Source: Candidatus Dormibacteria bacterium (GTDB taxonomy: Bacteria; Chloroflexota; Dormibacteria; Aeolococcales; Aeolococcaceae). From it: a stretch of 64,000 nucleotides of DNA. Below are positions 25,016 through 33,374 of this stretch, one piece after another (position 1 is the first letter of the stretch; each line of letters starts with the position of its first letter). The notes beneath the pieces are model-generated. The model saw only the letters and a program-made list of their open reading frames with translations. It had not been told where the DNA came from and ran no database searches. Location of the stretch: positions 2,055 to 66,054 of the forward strand of contig JBEKGP010000001.1 of NCBI GenBank assembly GCA_050012735.1, in the 5' to 3' direction. Both the position numbers and the translations under genes were made by a program.

Positions 25016-27661
25016 GTGGTGAGGGGCCGAGAGCGCGCCACGCCCCCGCATCTGCGCGCCGACGCCCTGCCCGCGGCCGGCCGCACCATCGACCTTGACG
25101 AGGCCGGGGACACGCCGATCCTGCGCGAATACCGTGCCGTCAAAGCCGAGCATCCGGATGCGCTCGTCCTGGCCCGGCTCGGGGACTTCTACGAGCTCTT
25201 CGGCACCGACGCCGAGCTCGCCGCGCCGATCCTGGAGGTGACCCTCACCGGCCGGGGGTTCGGCAGTGCCGGCCGCCTGCCGATGTGCGGGGTGCCCCAT
25301 CACGCCATCGCGGCGCACCTGCGCCGGCTCCTCGACGCCGGCCATCGAGTGGTCCTCTGGGACCAGGTGGGCGAGGTGGTGGCCGGCCGCCTGGTCCGCC
25401 GCGAGGTCACCCGGGTGTTGAGCCCGGGGACGGCGGTGGATGCCGAGCTCCTAGAGGCGAGCCGGGTGGCCCGGCTGGTCGGCCTCATCGAGGCCGACGG
25501 ACGGGTCGGGGTGGCGGCATTGGACCTGGCCGGGGGCGAGCTGGTGGTGACGGAGGTCCCCGGCGGGACCGGCTCGGTCGCGCTGCGCGATGAATTGGAG
25601 CGTCTCGAGGTGGCCGAGCTGCTGACCGGCGACCTCGCCTCTCTGCCCTCCTCGCTCCTGCCCGGGGTGGTGCGCACCGTGCTGGCCCCGCAGCTCTTCG
25701 ACGCCGGTCGGGCCGCCGAGCGGCTGGCCATCGCGACCGGGACGATGAGCCTCCTCGGCCTCGGCCTCGACGAGATGCCCATCGGGGTGCGTGCCGCCGG
25801 GGCGGTTCTCGGCTACTGCGAGCGCTCACGGGTGGCGCTGGAGCCCGGGCTGCTCCGGCTCGTCCCCCGGCAGGGTGGCGAGCTGATGCGCCTCGACCCT
25901 CCCACCCGGCGCAACCTGGAGCTGCTGGAGCCCCTCGGCCGCGGTCCCAGCCTGGCCCAGCTGCTCGACCGGACCCGCACCCCGATGGGGGCGCGGCTGC
26001 TCCGGCGCCGGCTGCAGGAGCCGCTCACCAAGCCGGCACCGATCGTGGCCCGCCTCGCCGCGGTGGCGGCCCTGGTCACCGACCGCGCCCGCCGCGAGGA
26101 GCTGCGCAAGCGCATCGGCGCGGTCCGCGACCTGGAGCGGCTGGTGGGGCGCGCGGTGCAGGGACTGGCCACACCGCGTGACCTCGGAGCCATCCGAGAC
26201 GCGTGCACGGCGCTGCCCGCCGTCGCCACGCTGATGGACGGGCTCCCCGGCGATCTGGCCGGCCTGGCCGAGAGGGCCGTGCCCCCGGCGGAGGTCGGAG
26301 CCCGGCTCACCGCGTTGCTGGTGGAGGATCCTCCGCCGTCCGCGCGCGAGGGCGGCTTCATCCGGGACGGGGCCGATGCCGAGCTGGACGGGCTTCAAGC
26401 CTCCGCGGCCGAGGCGCGCGAGTTCATCTCGGGACTCGAGGGAAGGGAGCGTGAGCGGACCGGCATCCGCTCCCTCAAGGTCGGGTACAACCGCGTCTTC
26501 GGGTACTACCTGGAGATCCCCCACGCCCACCGTGACGCGGCGCCCGACGACTACGTCCGCAAGCAGACCCTGGCGGGAGCCGAGCGCTACATCACGCCCC
26601 ATCTCAAGGAGCAGGAGACGGTGGTGCTCAGTGCCCGGGAACGGGCGGTGGCACGCGAGATGGAGCTGCTCGCCGAGGCCACCCGCCTGGTCACCGCCCA
26701 TGCCCCCGGGCTGCTCGCGTGCGCCGCCGCCGTGGCCACCGCCGATGTCACCCAGTCGCTGGCCGCCGTCGCCGACGAGGAGGGCTGGACGCGCCCCGAG
26801 GTCGATGGCTCCACGGTCACGGACATCGAGGCCGGCCGTCACCCCCTGGTCGAGGCGAGCCTCGGCCGCGGCGCCTTCGTGGCCAACGACGCCAGTCTGG
26901 ACGTGGCCCACCGGATCGTCGTCCTCACCGGGCCCAACATGGCCGGCAAGTCCACCTACCTCCGCCAGGTGGCACTGATCACGCTGCTCGCCCAGGTCGG
27001 CAGCTTCGTGCCGGCCGAGCGCGCCCGGCTTGGGGTCTGCGACCGCATCTTCACCCGGGTGGGGGCGCAGGACGACCTCTCCGCGGGCCTCTCCACCTTC
27101 ATGGTCGAGATGGCGGAGACGGCAGCCATCCTCCGCCAGGCGACGGCGCGCTCCCTGCTCGTCCTCGACGAGATCGGCCGCGGCACCTCGACCTACGACG
27201 GCCTCTCGATCGCGCAGGCGCTCGTCGAGCACATCCACGACTCCCCGCAGCTCAACTGCCGCACCCTCTTCGCCACCCACTACCACGAGCTCACCGCCCT
27301 CGCCGAGCACCTCCCGCGGGTCGTCAACGCGCGCGTGGAGGTGGTGGAGGAGGGGGAGACGGTCACCTTCCTGCATCGCATCCGCCCGGGGGGCGCCGAC
27401 CGCTCCTACGGGATCCAGGTCGCCAAGCTCGCCGGGCTGCCCGCCAGCCTGCTGGCCCGGGCCCGGGAGATCCTCGGAGAGCTGGAATTGCACCGCCCGA
27501 TCGAGGCCGACCGCCCCGCGCCGGCGCAGCTCGACCTCGGATTGGGGACGCCGCCCGCCCACCCCGTGCTCGGCGAGCTGGCCGGGCTGGACCTCGACGA
27601 GCTCACCCCGCGGGAGGCCCTCAGCAAGCTGGCCGAGCTGCAGGAGCGAGTGGGCCGGTGA
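25016..27661 (+). CDS. mutS: DNA mismatch repair protein MutS
   Basis: It contains TPILREYRAVKAEHPD, Walker A GPNMAGKSTYLRQ, and DEIGRGTSTYDGLSIA. Confidence 0.95.
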   Translation: MVRGRERATPPHLRADALPAAGRTIDLDEAGDTPILREYRAVKAEHPDALVLARLGDFYELFGTDAELAAPILEVTLTGRGFGSAGRLPMCGVPHHAIAAHLRRLLDAGHRVVLWDQVGEVVAGRLVRREVTRVLSPGTAVDAELLEASRVARLVGLIEADGRVGVAALDLAGGELVVTEVPGGTGSVALRDELERLEVAELLTGDLASLPSSLLPGVVRTVLAPQLFDAGRAAERLAIATGTMSLLGLGLDEMPIGVRAAGAVLGYCERSRVALEPGLLRLVPRQGGELMRLDPPTRRNLELLEPLGRGPSLAQLLDRTRTPMGARLLRRRLQEPLTKPAPIVARLAAVAALVTDRARREELRKRIGAVRDLERLVGRAVQGLATPRDLGAIRDACTALPAVATLMDGLPGDLAGLAERAVPPAEVGARLTALLVEDPPPSAREGGFIRDGADAELDGLQASAAEAREFISGLEGRERERTGIRSLKVGYNRVFGYYLEIPHAHRDAAPDDYVRKQTLAGAERYITPHLKEQETVVLSARERAVAREMELLAEATRLVTAHAPGLLACAAAVATADVTQSLAAVADEEGWTRPEVDGSTVTDIEAGRHPLVEASLGRGAFVANDASLDVAHRIVVLTGPNMAGKSTYLRQVALITLLAQVGSFVPAERARLGVCDRIFTRVGAQDDLSAGLSTFMVEMAETAAILRQATARSLLVLDEIGRGTSTYDGLSIAQALVEHIHDSPQLNCRTLFATHYHELTALAEHLPRVVNARVEVVEEGETVTFLHRIRPGGADRSYGIQVAKLAGLPASLLARAREILGELELHRPIEADRPAPAQLDLGLGTPPAHPVLGELAGLDLDELTPREALSKLAELQERVGR

Positions 27662-29457
27662 CCGCCCCGATCCGCCTCCTCCCACCGCAGGTGGCCGACG
27701 CCATCGCGGCCGGAGAGGTCGTCGAGCGGCCGGCCGCCGCGGTCAAGGAGCTCTGCGAGAACGCGCTCGACGCCGGGGCGACCCGGATCGACGTCGACCT
27801 GGAGGGCGGCGGGCTGGTGCGCATCGTGGTGGCGGACGACGGGGCCGGCATCCCCGGTGACCAGCTCCGGCTCGCGGTCGCCCGCCACGCCACCTCCAAG
27901 CTCGAGACCGTCGGCGACCTGGCTCGGGTCCGGAGCCTCGGCTTCCGGGGAGAGGCCCTGGCCAGCATCGCTGCGGTCAGCGATCTCCGGATCACCAGCC
28001 GCACCGCCGAGGAGGAGGGCGCCTGGCTGCTCCACTCGCGGGCTGGCGAGGCCCTGGAGCAGCGAGCGGCGGCACGAGCCCCGGGCACGACGGTCGAGGT
28101 CCGCGATCTCTTCCACAACACCCCGGCCCGGCTCGCCTTCCTCCGCAGCGAGCGCAGCGAGTCGGCGGCCGCGGCGCACGCCGTCTCCGACCTGGCCCTC
28201 ACCCACCCCGAGGTCGGCTTCACCTGCAGGAGCGACGACCGCTTGGTGCTGCGCAGCCCCGGGGGCAGCCTGATCGACACGGCCGCCGCGGTCTTCGGCC
28301 GTGACGCCGCGGAGCTGATCGCCGTGGAGGGCCCCGGCGAGATCGCCGTCAGCGGTCTGATCAGCGAGCCGCGCAGCCACCGGGGGAGCCGGACCGGGGT
28401 GGTCATCGTGATCAACCGGCGCCGCGTCCACAACCGCGCACTGGTGGTGGCGGTGGAGGAGGCGTACGCGGGGCTGCTGCCGGTGGGACGCCATCCCTTC
28501 GGCGTGGTGGAGGTGACCCTTGATCCGGCCATGGTCGACGTCAACGTCCACCCCACCAAGCGTGAGGTCCGCCTCCGCGAGGAGGGCCGGGTCTTCACCG
28601 CCGTCCAGCACGCCTGCTGGTCGGCACTTCAGGATGTCCGGCTCAGCGTGGCGGGGAGCCGCCTGCCCCAGCTCGGTGAAGGCGTACCCGGCGCCGCCGG
28701 CGGTGGGGAACCGGAACTGGTACTCCGGGAGGGGCCGGGCGGCGGGACGGTGGAGCTCTGGCCCCACGCGGCGAGGGAGGCGTCCGTGCGCGACGCGGAC
28801 GGCGCCGGTACCGCGCCGTTCCCCGGTCGCGAGCAGACGGAGACCGCCGGTCACCGCCTCGTCGACCTCGCCCCGCTCCGGCCGCTGGCGCAAACCTCCG
28901 AGGGATGGCTGGTGGCGGAGTCGCCGCGCGGCCTGGTCCTCGTTGACCCCCACGCGGCCCACGAGAAGATCCTCTACGCGGAGCTTCTCGCCGAGGGCGA
29001 CGCGGCTGGCCGCGAGGGCCGCGCCGCCACCAGCCAGCTCCTGCTCGTGGACAGCGTGGTGAGCGTGGAAGCCGCCGGCATGGAGCGACTCTCGGAGAGC
29101 TTCGACATCCTGGCCGGGCTCGGCTTCCAGCTCGAGCCGTTCGGCCCCGGGCTCATCCGCTGCAGCGCCGTCCCGGCCGCGACGGCACTCCTCGATCCGG
29201 AGCGCCTGGTCAGGGACCTCCTCGACAGCCTCCCGGCAGGCGGCGACGCGCCCGCCCGCCGGCGCCGCCTGGCTGCGCTCACCGCCTGCCACGCGGCCGT
29301 CCGTCTCGGCGACCGCCTCGACCCGCGCGAGCAGCTGCGCCTATTGGAGCGCCTGGTGATCACCCCGGGCGGCCTGACCTGCCCCCACGGGCGACCGACC
29401 GTCATCGTCCTCGACGACCGCAGCCTGCGGCATGCCTTCGGACGCCCGACCGTCTAG
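27658..29457 (+). CDS. mutL: DNA mismatch repair endonuclease MutL
   Basis: The GTG start overlaps the mutS stop (GTGA). It has the GHKL ATPase N-terminus IRLLPPQVADAIAAGEVVERPAAAVKELCENALDAG. The C-terminal DPHAAHEKILYAE fits the D(Q/M)HA-x2-E-x4-E endonuclease motif. Confidence 0.95.
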   Translation: MTAPIRLLPPQVADAIAAGEVVERPAAAVKELCENALDAGATRIDVDLEGGGLVRIVVADDGAGIPGDQLRLAVARHATSKLETVGDLARVRSLGFRGEALASIAAVSDLRITSRTAEEEGAWLLHSRAGEALEQRAAARAPGTTVEVRDLFHNTPARLAFLRSERSESAAAAHAVSDLALTHPEVGFTCRSDDRLVLRSPGGSLIDTAAAVFGRDAAELIAVEGPGEIAVSGLISEPRSHRGSRTGVVIVINRRRVHNRALVVAVEEAYAGLLPVGRHPFGVVEVTLDPAMVDVNVHPTKREVRLREEGRVFTAVQHACWSALQDVRLSVAGSRLPQLGEGVPGAAGGGEPELVLREGPGGGTVELWPHAAREASVRDADGAGTAPFPGREQTETAGHRLVDLAPLRPLAQTSEGWLVAESPRGLVLVDPHAAHEKILYAELLAEGDAAGREGRAATSQLLLVDSVVSVEAAGMERLSESFDILAGLGFQLEPFGPGLIRCSAVPAATALLDPERLVRDLLDSLPAGGDAPARRRRLAALTACHAAVRLGDRLDPREQLRLLERLVITPGGLTCPHGRPTVIVLDDRSLRHAFGRPTV

Positions 29458-29496
29458 CCAGATGCTGAAGCACCCGGCCAGGACTCGCTCCGCCTG

Positions 29497-30429
29497 ATGA
29501 CCACGACGCCCGACCGGGCCATCGCCGTGGTGGGGCCGACCGCCACCGGCAAGACCGCGCTCGCGGTGCTCCTGGCTCGGGCCACCGGCTCCGCCGAGCT
29601 GGTCAATGCCGACTCCCGCCAGGTGCTGCGCGGCCTCTGGGTGGGCACCAACCGGCCCGGCCCCGAGGACCTGGAGGGTGTGGCCTGCCATCTCCTCGGG
29701 ATCACCGACCCCGGTGCGCCGTTTTCGGTCGCGGACTGGCTCGCGTCTGCGCGCGTGTGCCTTGCCTCCCTGGACCTGCGGGGGGTGCGTCCGATCGTGG
29801 TCGGTGGCACGGGCCTCTACGTGCGCGCCCTGTTGGACGGCCTCGAGCTGGACGGGGCCCCGCCCGACCCGGCCCGCCGGGCCGAGCTGAACGCCAGAGC
29901 CGGCACTCCCGAGGGGCTCGCAGAGCTCGCCGGCGAGCTCCGGCAACGCGATCCGGAGGGTGCCGCCGGCATCGACCTTTGCAACCCCCGCCGCGTGGTG
30001 CGGGCCATGGAGATCGTCGAGACGCGCGGGAGCCTGGCGGGACGGGTCCGGAGGGGCGCCACCCGTCCGAGCGTCAGGATCGGCCTCGACGTCGCACCCG
30101 ACCTTCACCGTGGATGGATCACGGACCGAGCGCGCCGCATGCTGACCGGCGGTCTGCTCGAGGAGACGGCTGCGGCGCTCGAGCGTGGGGTACCCCCGGA
30201 GGCGTTGGATGCCTCCGGCATCGGCTACCGCGAGGCCCTTGCGGTCCTCGACGGCAAGCTGTCAGAAGCCGGCGCCACCGCCGAGATCGTGCGCAGGACG
30301 GCCCGCTACGCCAAGGCTCAACGCACGTGGTTCCGCGCCGACCCGAGCGTGGTATGGCTCCGCCGGGAGAGGGGAGACGATCTCGACGAGCTGCTCGCTA
30401 GGGCGGTCGCGCTGACTGAGGACGCCTGA
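29497..30429 (+). CDS. miaA: tRNA dimethylallyltransferase MiaA
   Basis: It has the P-loop VVGPTATGKTALAV, plus NADSRQV and RYAKAQRTWFR. Confidence 0.9.
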   Translation: MTTTPDRAIAVVGPTATGKTALAVLLARATGSAELVNADSRQVLRGLWVGTNRPGPEDLEGVACHLLGITDPGAPFSVADWLASARVCLASLDLRGVRPIVVGGTGLYVRALLDGLELDGAPPDPARRAELNARAGTPEGLAELAGELRQRDPEGAAGIDLCNPRRVVRAMEIVETRGSLAGRVRRGATRPSVRIGLDVAPDLHRGWITDRARRMLTGGLLEETAAALERGVPPEALDASGIGYREALAVLDGKLSEAGATAEIVRRTARYAKAQRTWFRADPSVVWLRRERGDDLDELLARAVALTEDA

Positions 30430-30494
30430 TCCGGCCTGCGCACGGGGCCATTGGACCCGGCCGGCTCGCGGCATCCCGAGACGCCCCGGGGACC

Positions 30495-30506
30495 GAACAT
30501 ACGTCA
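30495..30506 (+). promoter_or_regulatory. SOS-box-like element 1 upstream of lexA
   Basis: GAACATACGTCA has a good GAAC half-site and a degenerate second half. Confidence 0.4.
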
Positions 30507-30507
30507 G

Positions 30508-30519
30508 GAACATCCGTTT
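30508..30519 (+). promoter_or_regulatory. LexA (Cheo-type) box 2 upstream of lexA, overlapping the -35
   Basis: The sequence is GAACATCCGTTT, followed by GC as in the two boxes at 33.3 kb. Confidence 0.6.
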
Positions 30520-30546
30520 GCGTTTCGGCGCCGGCCATGCTAAAGT
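30518..30546 (+). promoter_or_regulatory. candidate lexA promoter
   Basis: TTGCGT, a 17-nt spacer, then TAAAGT. It lies 40 nt upstream of ATG 30586. Confidence 0.35.
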
Positions 30547-30585
30547 CGGGCCTGCCCCGACACGCTGAGAGGTGAGACAGACGAC

Positions 30586-31230
30586 ATGGCAGACGCCCTC
30601 AACCCGCGCCAGCGGCAGATCATCGAGTTCCTCCGCGAGCACACGCGCACCCATGCCTACCCTCCGACGGTCCGTGAGATCGGTCTGGCGGTAGGTCTCA
30701 GCTCGTCCTCGACGGTGCAGAACCATCTCAACTCCCTCGAGGCCAAGGGCTACATCCGCCGCGACCCCACCAAGTCGCGCACCGTGGAGGTGGTCGGCCA
30801 CGAGCCGGCCTCGATCCGCAGCGAGCCGCGGGTGCTCACCCTCCCCCTGATCGGCCGGGTCGCCGCGGGCACTCCGGTGCTCGCCGAGCAGAACGTCGAG
30901 GACCACATCACGGTGGGTCAGGAGCTGGCCGGTGACGACGGGGCGTACGCCCTCACCGTCCACGGCGACAGCATGATCGACGCCGGCATCCTGGACGGCG
31001 ACATGGTCGTCGTCAGGCCACGGCGTGACGCGCCGCCGAACGGGACGATCATCGTGGCCCGGATCGAGAACGAGGCGACCGGTGAGGGCGAGGTGACCGT
31101 GAAGCGCTTCTTCCGCGAGGGCGGTCGTGTGCGCCTCCAACCCGAAAACGCCAGCTACGCGCCGATCTTCGTGAGCGGGGAGCTCTCCATCGAGGGAGTG
31201 GTCGCCGCGGTGATCCGCGTCGTCCGCTGA
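30586..31230 (+). CDS. lexA: SOS repressor LexA
   Basis: It has a winged-helix N-terminus (PPTVREIGLAVGLSSSSTVQNHLNSLEAKGYI), the Ala-Gly cleavage site (VAAG), the Ser (GDSM) and the Lys (VKRF). Confidence 0.95.
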   Translation: MADALNPRQRQIIEFLREHTRTHAYPPTVREIGLAVGLSSSSTVQNHLNSLEAKGYIRRDPTKSRTVEVVGHEPASIRSEPRVLTLPLIGRVAAGTPVLAEQNVEDHITVGQELAGDDGAYALTVHGDSMIDAGILDGDMVVVRPRRDAPPNGTIIVARIENEATGEGEVTVKRFFREGGRVRLQPENASYAPIFVSGELSIEGVVAAVIRVVR

Positions 31231-31287
31231 CCCCACCGGGCCGCAATAGCAGCCGGCGGTCAGCGCCGCGGGCTCTTCCGCACCCTG

Positions 31288-31806
31288 CTACTCGCTGAAG
31301 GGGTCCTCCCCCATCTCGGCGTCGGCCCATCCGTCGTCTTCCCCGTCCGCCTCTGGGGGTGACGGTTCCACCACGGGCAGCGATTCGAGGTAGCGGTCGA
31401 GGTACTCGGCCAGGTCCGGGGAAGCCTGCCCGTGAGCCGTCACCCGTGTCTGTCCCTCCTCCTCGATCGCGCTGAGGGCGAGGTCCGGACGGTGGTCGAG
31501 GAGGAGCGGCAGGGCTGGCACGACAGCCACCGGCAGTGCCACCAGCACGAGTGGGGTGACCGCGGTGAGGATGAGTAGCGCCAGGACGATGACGATGGCG
31601 AAGCCGGCGGCCATCTCACCGCCGTAGCGGACTCGCCGCACTGGCCGGATGACCAGGTAGTGGACGCCGCGCTCGGCCACGACCATCCCCGGCACCCGCT
31701 CGATGTCGAACTGCGCGAGGACCTCCTGCGCAGGCCGGCTGGTGCGGGCCGCGATCTGGTAGGGGACGGTCGACGCCCTCTTTTGGATGACTGCCTGTTC
31801 TCTCAC
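31288..31806 (-). CDS. hypothetical membrane protein with acidic C-terminal tail
   Basis: The 172-aa protein has two central TM helices (AAGFAIVIVLALLILTAV.. and LVLVALPVAVVPALPLLL). No family is recognised. Confidence 0.5.
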   Translation of the reverse strand: MREQAVIQKRASTVPYQIAARTSRPAQEVLAQFDIERVPGMVVAERGVHYLVIRPVRRVRYGGEMAAGFAIVIVLALLILTAVTPLVLVALPVAVVPALPLLLDHRPDLALSAIEEEGQTRVTAHGQASPDLAEYLDRYLESLPVVEPSPPEADGEDDGWADAEMGEDPFSE

Positions 31807-32010
31807 GTGTCCCTGACGTTTGATGCCGTCACGTGGCCATTGGGGCGACCCCTGCGAGGGCGCGTGGCGCTGATTCCCCTGTGCGTACGGTACCGGAGAT
31901 CATGCCCCCTTCGAGCACGGACGCGGGCGGACCCGAGCCATCAAACCGGGCGTGGCCAGTTCGGCGGGGTGCAGGAAATGGCGCGGGTTATGGACTAGGA
32001 TGGGACCGGT

Positions 32011-32028
32011 TTAAGAATCGTTAAGAAT
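32011..32028 (+). repeat. exact direct repeat TTAAGAAT x2 at 10-bp period
   Basis: TTAAGAATcgTTAAGAAT is an AT-rich island 20-37 nt upstream of the protease ATG. Confidence 0.6.
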
Positions 32029-32047
32029 TCCGAAAGGCGATCCTGCC

Positions 32048-32836
32048 ATGTGCGCCCAGCCCGTCTCGTACGGAGGGGGAGAGAGGGGGCGTCTTCGGGC
32101 CCTGACGTGCCGGGCCCTGCCCCTCCTCATCGCGTTCCAGGTGGGGTTGCTGAGCTTCGCCGGCGCCCCGGGGGGCGGCGCCGTCGCTCCTCCGGCCGGG
32201 GTGAGCGTCGCGCGCCTGAGCCGCCAGGTGCAGCCGTCCCTGGTGGACACGATCACCTTCGCCGACCGGGCGGGGACCCAGATCCTGGGTACAGGGATCA
32301 TCCTCTCCTCGTCGGGCCTGGTCCTCACCGATTACCACGTGATCCGCAATGACCTCTTCGTCGGAGTGCGCGTGGGAGGTGCCGGCATGGTTCATGCCGC
32401 GACGGTCGTGCTCACGGATCCCGACGACGACCTGGCCCTCCTCCAGGTCCAGGACGCCCCCACCCTGAAGCCTGCGGAGCTCGCGCCGGCCTCATCCACA
32501 GCGGTCGGCGACCCCGTGCTCGCCATCGGTAACGCGATGGGGCTCGGACAGCTGCCCCAGGCCGTGGCGGGCCGCCTGGTGGCGCTCCATCGCAGCGTGA
32601 GCTACGGAGTCGGCTCTGGCACCATCGACCTGGACGGCGTGATCGAGGCTGAGGCCTCGATCTTCGCGGGCGACTCCGGTGGAGCGCTGGTGGACGCCAC
32701 GGGCCACGTCATCGGGCTCATCGCCGCCGGTTCGGACAGCGCGCCCTGCGCAACTGCGACCGTCTGCCCGCTGCACCTCGCCTACGCGATTCCGATCCAC
32801 ACGGCGCTCGCCCAGATCGGCTACACGGCTCTCTGA
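32048..32836 (+). CDS. trypsin-like (S1C/HtrA-type, no PDZ) serine protease, membrane-anchored or secreted
   Basis: It has an N-terminal hydrophobic segment. The catalytic triad contexts are TDYHVI, DDDLALLQV and GDSGGALVD. Confidence 0.8.
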   Translation: MCAQPVSYGGGERGRLRALTCRALPLLIAFQVGLLSFAGAPGGGAVAPPAGVSVARLSRQVQPSLVDTITFADRAGTQILGTGIILSSSGLVLTDYHVIRNDLFVGVRVGGAGMVHAATVVLTDPDDDLALLQVQDAPTLKPAELAPASSTAVGDPVLAIGNAMGLGQLPQAVAGRLVALHRSVSYGVGSGTIDLDGVIEAEASIFAGDSGGALVDATGHVIGLIAAGSDSAPCATATVCPLHLAYAIPIHTALAQIGYTAL

Positions 32837-32840
32837 GATC

Positions 32841-32862
32841 GGGCCCCTGGGGCGAGGGGCCC
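32841..32862. terminator. hairpin between the convergent protease and LysM genes
   Basis: GGGCCCC-tggggcga-GGGGCCC forms a 7-bp GC stem. Confidence 0.4.
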
Positions 32863-32914
32863 CCGCCATCCGGTCACGTTCCCCACGGGTTAGTCGGAGG
32901 GAATGACGACAGCG

Positions 32915-33286
32915 TCAGGCGGAGGGGATGACGAGGGTCTCGCCCACCTGGATGATGGGGGCGTTGAGGCGGTTGGCGGAGAGGATCTGCGCCACCTCGT
33001 CGCGGACGTCACCGCCGCCGGCGTGGCTCTCAGCAATGCTCCAGACGGTGTCCCCCGGGCGCACGACCACGGTCACGGCAGCGGTGGGAGCCGTGGTCGC
33101 GCCCACGCCTCCGACCAGCGCCCAGCCGATGCAGGCGACCGACGCCGCACCGAGGAGGGCTCGCCCGATCGGACGGTGGCGGTGCCGCAGGGCGCGCTGG
33201 GCGGGCTGGAAGTCGCTGATCACGGCCGGGTCGCCCGCGCCGGAGTCCCGGCGCTCCGCGGCGCACCGCGGCCGGGACCGGGGCAT
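32915..33286 (-). CDS. TM + LysM domain protein (YneA/ChiZ-like candidate SOS cell-division inhibitor)
   Basis: It has an Arg-rich N-terminus, one TM helix (ALLGAASVACIGWALVGGVGA) and a C-terminal LysM domain (VVVRPGDTVWSIAESH...ILSANRLNAPIIQVGETLVIP). Its promoter region carries two SOS boxes. Confidence 0.8.
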   Translation of the reverse strand: MPRSRPRCAAERRDSGAGDPAVISDFQPAQRALRHRHRPIGRALLGAASVACIGWALVGGVGATTAPTAAVTVVVRPGDTVWSIAESHAGGGDVRDEVAQILSANRLNAPIIQVGETLVIPSA

Positions 33287-33299
33287 CGCCGCCCAGAGG

Positions 33300-33311
33300 G
33301 AACGTCTGTTT
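33300..33311 (+). promoter_or_regulatory. LexA (Cheo-type) box in the 5' leader of the LysM gene
   Basis: The sequence is GAACGTCTGTTT followed by GC. Confidence 0.6.
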
Positions 33312-33322
33312 GCATGACGCCA

Positions 33323-33352
33323 AGCTTATGGCAAACACCCGTTCGCTGTCAA
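33323..33352 (-). promoter_or_regulatory. candidate promoter of the LysM gene
   Basis: The minus strand reads TTGACA (33352-33347), an 18-nt spacer, then TAAGCT (33328-23). The spacer contains an SOS box. Confidence 0.45.
33333..33344 (-). promoter_or_regulatory. LexA (Cheo-type) box between the -35 and -10 of the LysM gene
   Basis: The plus strand reads AAACACCCGTTC. The minus strand reads GAACGGGTGTTT followed by GC. Confidence 0.6.
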
Positions 33353-33374
33353 GGTTCTGCCGATAATCCGTTGC

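Noticed and set aside
26719-27657. The upstream extension of the mutL ORF (912 aa), and similarly the UDG ORF extension at 7388-7879 and the rnj ORF extension at 8146-8697.
   Set aside because: The extensions overlap the preceding genes in another frame or on the other strand and are Arg/Pro-rich. The conserved N-termini begin at the starts given in the feature table.
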